From the human T2T-CHM13v2.0 reference genome, Homo sapiens, in the NCBI RefSeq assembly GCF_009914755.1, contig NC_060929.1: a DNA stretch of 64,000 nt; one strand, 5' to 3'. Below the pieces are notes generated by a model. It ran no database searches. It was not told where the DNA came from and worked only from the letters and a program-made list of their open reading frames with translations. Below are positions 60,686 through 64,000 of the stretch, piece after piece. Within the stretch, counting starts at the first letter, position 1. Each line of letters starts with the position of its first letter. The translations under genes were made by a program, and so were the position numbers.

Positions 60686-60860
60686 CAAAGGTCCTCACAC
60701 TCTATCAGGTATCAGAATCACCTCGGGTGGGAGGAGGCATGTTAAAACCCAGATTCCTGGCCCTAATCCCAGTTTCTGATTGAGTAGGTCTGGGAAGGAG
60801 CCTGAGAATTTGCATTTTCCAGAAGTTCCCAGGCGATGCTGGTCCCAGGATCACATTTGT
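60686..60860. mobile_element. MER5A
   Basis: atcagaatcacct...gagcctgagaatttgcattttccagaagttcccaggcgatgctg. Confidence 0.8.
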
Positions 60861-61059
60861 ATATATGTGTGTGTATGTGTCTATGTAAGTAATTTGTATA
60901 TATATAGAGGACATCTATCTATCTATATACAAATTACTTTTATAAGCAAATAATACCTTATATCTATATAGAGGACATCTATATACTATATATACTGTAT
61001 TTACACTGTAATACTTTTAAAAACTCTAGTATTGCTATAATTTTATTCTCTTTCTGCTA

Positions 61060-61950
61060 TATACTTCATTTATTTGTAATCCTTGCTGCCCATTCTTTAA
61101 TGATTCATATGGGCTTTCCATAAGACTGGCTTTCATTTTTCATATGCATTATTCTCTTTCTCTTTGTCTCTCCCAGTGTTTACATCCCTTATCTCTTTTC
61201 TTCTTGTTTTGTTATGTAGGTTTCATTACTCTTTACCTTCTTGAGTTAAATAGCTCATTTTCCACCTTTCCTGGTTTCTGTTCCATGTATTTAAAGCTCT
61301 CCATAGTCCTGGAAGCACTGCTCTGGCTCCATTCCACTAACTTTGAAATGCAATGCTTTTCTTGCCACAAAGCTCTACATATTTTAATCACTTTTCTAAC
61401 TGATTTTCTCTTGAAATCAAATATTGTTCAGTGGTATCTTTATTGGTGCCTAGACATATGGAATTTTACGAAAACTACCATTTTATAGGTTTCTAATTTT
61501 ATTGCACTGTGGTCAGAGAATTTAGTCTGAATGGCATGAATGCCTTGAAATGTTTTTAATCTTTTTGCAACCAAGCACATGTCCAGTTTTTGTGAAGTCC
61601 CTATGAGCTTGAAAAGAATATGAATCTCGTTTGTTGGGGATGAAGAGATGTATACATATGATTTATTGTATATAATAGCACTTATATTAATATATATTAG
61701 CCTCACTAATCATGCTGTTCCAATCTTTCACACGTGTGGTTGTTTGTTGTCTGCTTGGACCACCATTTCCTTCCCTCCGTTTATTCTCATTTTTCCTTCT
61801 GGGATGCTATTAGAAAATGTTGGCACTTCTATGTCTGTCTTCCATATCTCTTAACTCTTCTGTCATTCTTTTCCTTTCTTCCTTCTTTCTTGATGCCTAC
61901 TGGGATAATTCTTCAACCTGAACATCCAGCTTGCAAATTAAGACTTGGTA
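61060..61950 (-). mobile_element. Old L1M fragment
   Basis: tttctaattttattgcactgtggtcagagaa, the reverse complement of the L1 endonuclease region (FSDHSAIKLE in ORF 61440-61706). Confidence 0.6.
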
Positions 61951-63097
61951 TCCGTTCAGCCTTCATTCACACACAGATACTTTGCTGTTCCCTGGCCCAC
62001 AGTAAAGATGGAATAGGAATCAGGACAGGGAATGTGAGGGAGAGAAAATGACAAAAATACAGTTCTTTCCCAGAGGAGGCTGACCTGGGCTTCAGTTGTC
62101 CCCTTGGGCTCTCTCTAGCATAAGGTCATCATCGTCTCACTCCCCTTCCCAACCTCACCTCCCCTCAACCAACTGGTTCCCAACCAAGACTCTCACAGAG
62201 AGTTTCTTAAGATGTTTGTGTTATTTGACTGAGCACACTTGAGAGCCACTAACCTCCCCGTCTTTTCTGTAGAATCTGCAACTCAGGGTTCCATGTGGGA
62301 GTCAGCAGTCTGTGAATAGTCATTTCATATGCGTTCTGACTTATCTGTGAGTCCCCGTTCCCTGTTTTTATAGCCACTGCTTGCCTTAATTTTACTCTTT
62401 ACAAAATAATACAAGAAAGTACCAAGAAGTTTGGGATCATTTTATTAGCAACAAATGTCTGTCAATATTAATTTATCCCATGTGTGAAATATGAGTGAGA
62501 TAAATGCCAAACTATTAAATTCAACTTAACAGGAACAGCAAAGAATGAACTGAAATTCTTGGCTGGTAGAGTAGCCACATTTTTCTAGCAGACTTGACCT
62601 GCTGAAGTTCAGAGATCTGGAGTGAAAAACTTAACAGAGGTCGAGACAAGTACTGAATCTGGGAGGACACATTTCTCAGGATAAATTCGCCAGGATTTTA
62701 GCGAGTGGTTTCTCCATTTAGTTGCCAGACTTAGCAAATAAAAATATAGGATACCTAATTAAACTTGAAAAATAGCTTTAACTGCTGCATTTTGGTAATT
62801 TATTTTAAAAGTAGTGGAGTACAGGACATTTAGGGAGTCCCAACAAAGTGAATACACGACACAGGACAAAATTATTAAATACCGGACATATATGTATGGG
62901 TCACCTGGCAACTCAATTTCTCCATCCACTTGCCATTAGTAGACTTGCATGGGCCCTGTAGTTGCTCAAGACCATTATGAGAAAGGCCTTCCTTCCAAAG
63001 TATGATCCAGGACCATCTTGAGAGACAATAGTTAACATCAGGATCATTTGGGAAATTTCAGGACAAATATTTGCATAACAACAGGCTTGATTTAGAA

Positions 63098-63460
63098 GAG
63101 AGGTTCTTAACCCTGGATGTACATTAGGATCACCTGGGGACTGGGTTGCCAAATTAAATAGAGTGCTCAGTTAAACTAACATTTCAGATAAACACAAATA
63201 ACTTCTTAATGTGTGTCCCAAATATTGTATATAATATGCACAGTATTTATATGTACACTAAAAAAAAATTTTATCTGAAAATCACATTTAGCTGGGCATT
63301 CTGTATTTTCATTTGCTATGTTTGACAACCCTAGATGGGTGGGGGTGGGTTAAAACATGCCCCTGCCTGGGCCACACCCCTGATAAATTCAATCACAGAC
63401 TAAGGGTGGGCCAGTTACGAATCTCTCCAGGTGATTCTGCTGGACAACCAGGGTTGACAG
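63098..63460. mobile_element. MER5-type MITE split by MER53
   Basis: gaggttcttaaccctggatgtacattaggatcacctgggga ... ctccaggtgattctgctggacaaccagggttgaca. Confidence 0.65.
63142..63333. mobile_element. MER53 palindromic hAT MITE
   Basis: gggttgcca / tgacaacccta termini and internal inverted tttcagataaa / tttatctgaaa. Confidence 0.75.
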
Positions 63461-63469
63461 CCCCTCCTC

Positions 63470-63610
63470 TGGAGTTTAGAACTGAGCATCTGTGTTCACA
63501 TGGCCCACCTGGGATTTGTTCAAGTGCAGATGCAGTGATCTGGGGTGGGGTGTGAGGTTCTGCATTTCTAACAAGTTCCCAGGTGATGCTGTCGCATAAG
63601 TCAGAGCACT
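63470..63610. mobile_element. MER5A fragment
   Basis: ttctgcatttctaacaagttcccaggtgatgctg. Confidence 0.7.
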
Positions 63611-64000
63611 TAGTTGTTTAACAAGCATTTCTGAGCTCTGAGGGTCAGAGTCAGGTGGGATGAGTGTAGAGGCCCACAGTCATTGAAGGGGTATAAGCTC
63701 CCCTCACAGTTCATGGCTGTTCGTCCGTGACAGGCGTTTGGTGCATTTTCCAGGTCTTTTCCTCACTAGCACTGCAGTGGGACCATGTGACATGAGCATT
63801 TCCTTGGCCCAGCTTGTCTCATAAGTTCCTAATGGTTTCCTCTTTGAGTAAACGATATACCTGGCTGCAAGGGGGAAACCCTATTGTGTATTTGGGTGTG
63901 TGTGTATTGTAGTGGAGGGAGGGTGATCAGAGAGCAATCCCTTCCCTTGAGGAGTTGTGCTCAGACACTGCCTGACCTAGCAGCCTCTCCTGGCCTGATG

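Overview
This is primate (human-like) non-coding genomic DNA, AT-rich and CpG-depleted. I found no intact cellular protein-coding gene, no CRISPR array and no prokaryotic system. Much of the window is recognisable interspersed repeat: Alus, L1 and L2 fragments, MIRs, MaLR/ERV1/ERVL LTRs, a near full-length Tigger1, a complete THE1 provirus with a perfect TSD, a solo MER41B with two intact GAS (STAT) motifs, nested MER57-type LTRs and hAT MITEs. Nearly all ORFs in the track are chance ORFs, simple-repeat artefacts or transposon remnants. The most interesting non-repeat signal is about 1.5 kb on the minus strand (about 16340-17835). Read almost entirely in one frame, it is collinear with TBC1D24 (TBC plus TLDc domains) without introns, so it is a candidate ancient, highly diverged retrocopy. 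That alignment was made by hand from a remembered protein sequence and needs a search to confirm. Also notable are a tailless 5S rRNA retropseudogene with a TSD and a hairpin-rich 37-bp AT minisatellite derived from an L1 3' end. Repeat subfamily names are from recall of consensus sequences, and boundaries of old repeats are approximate.
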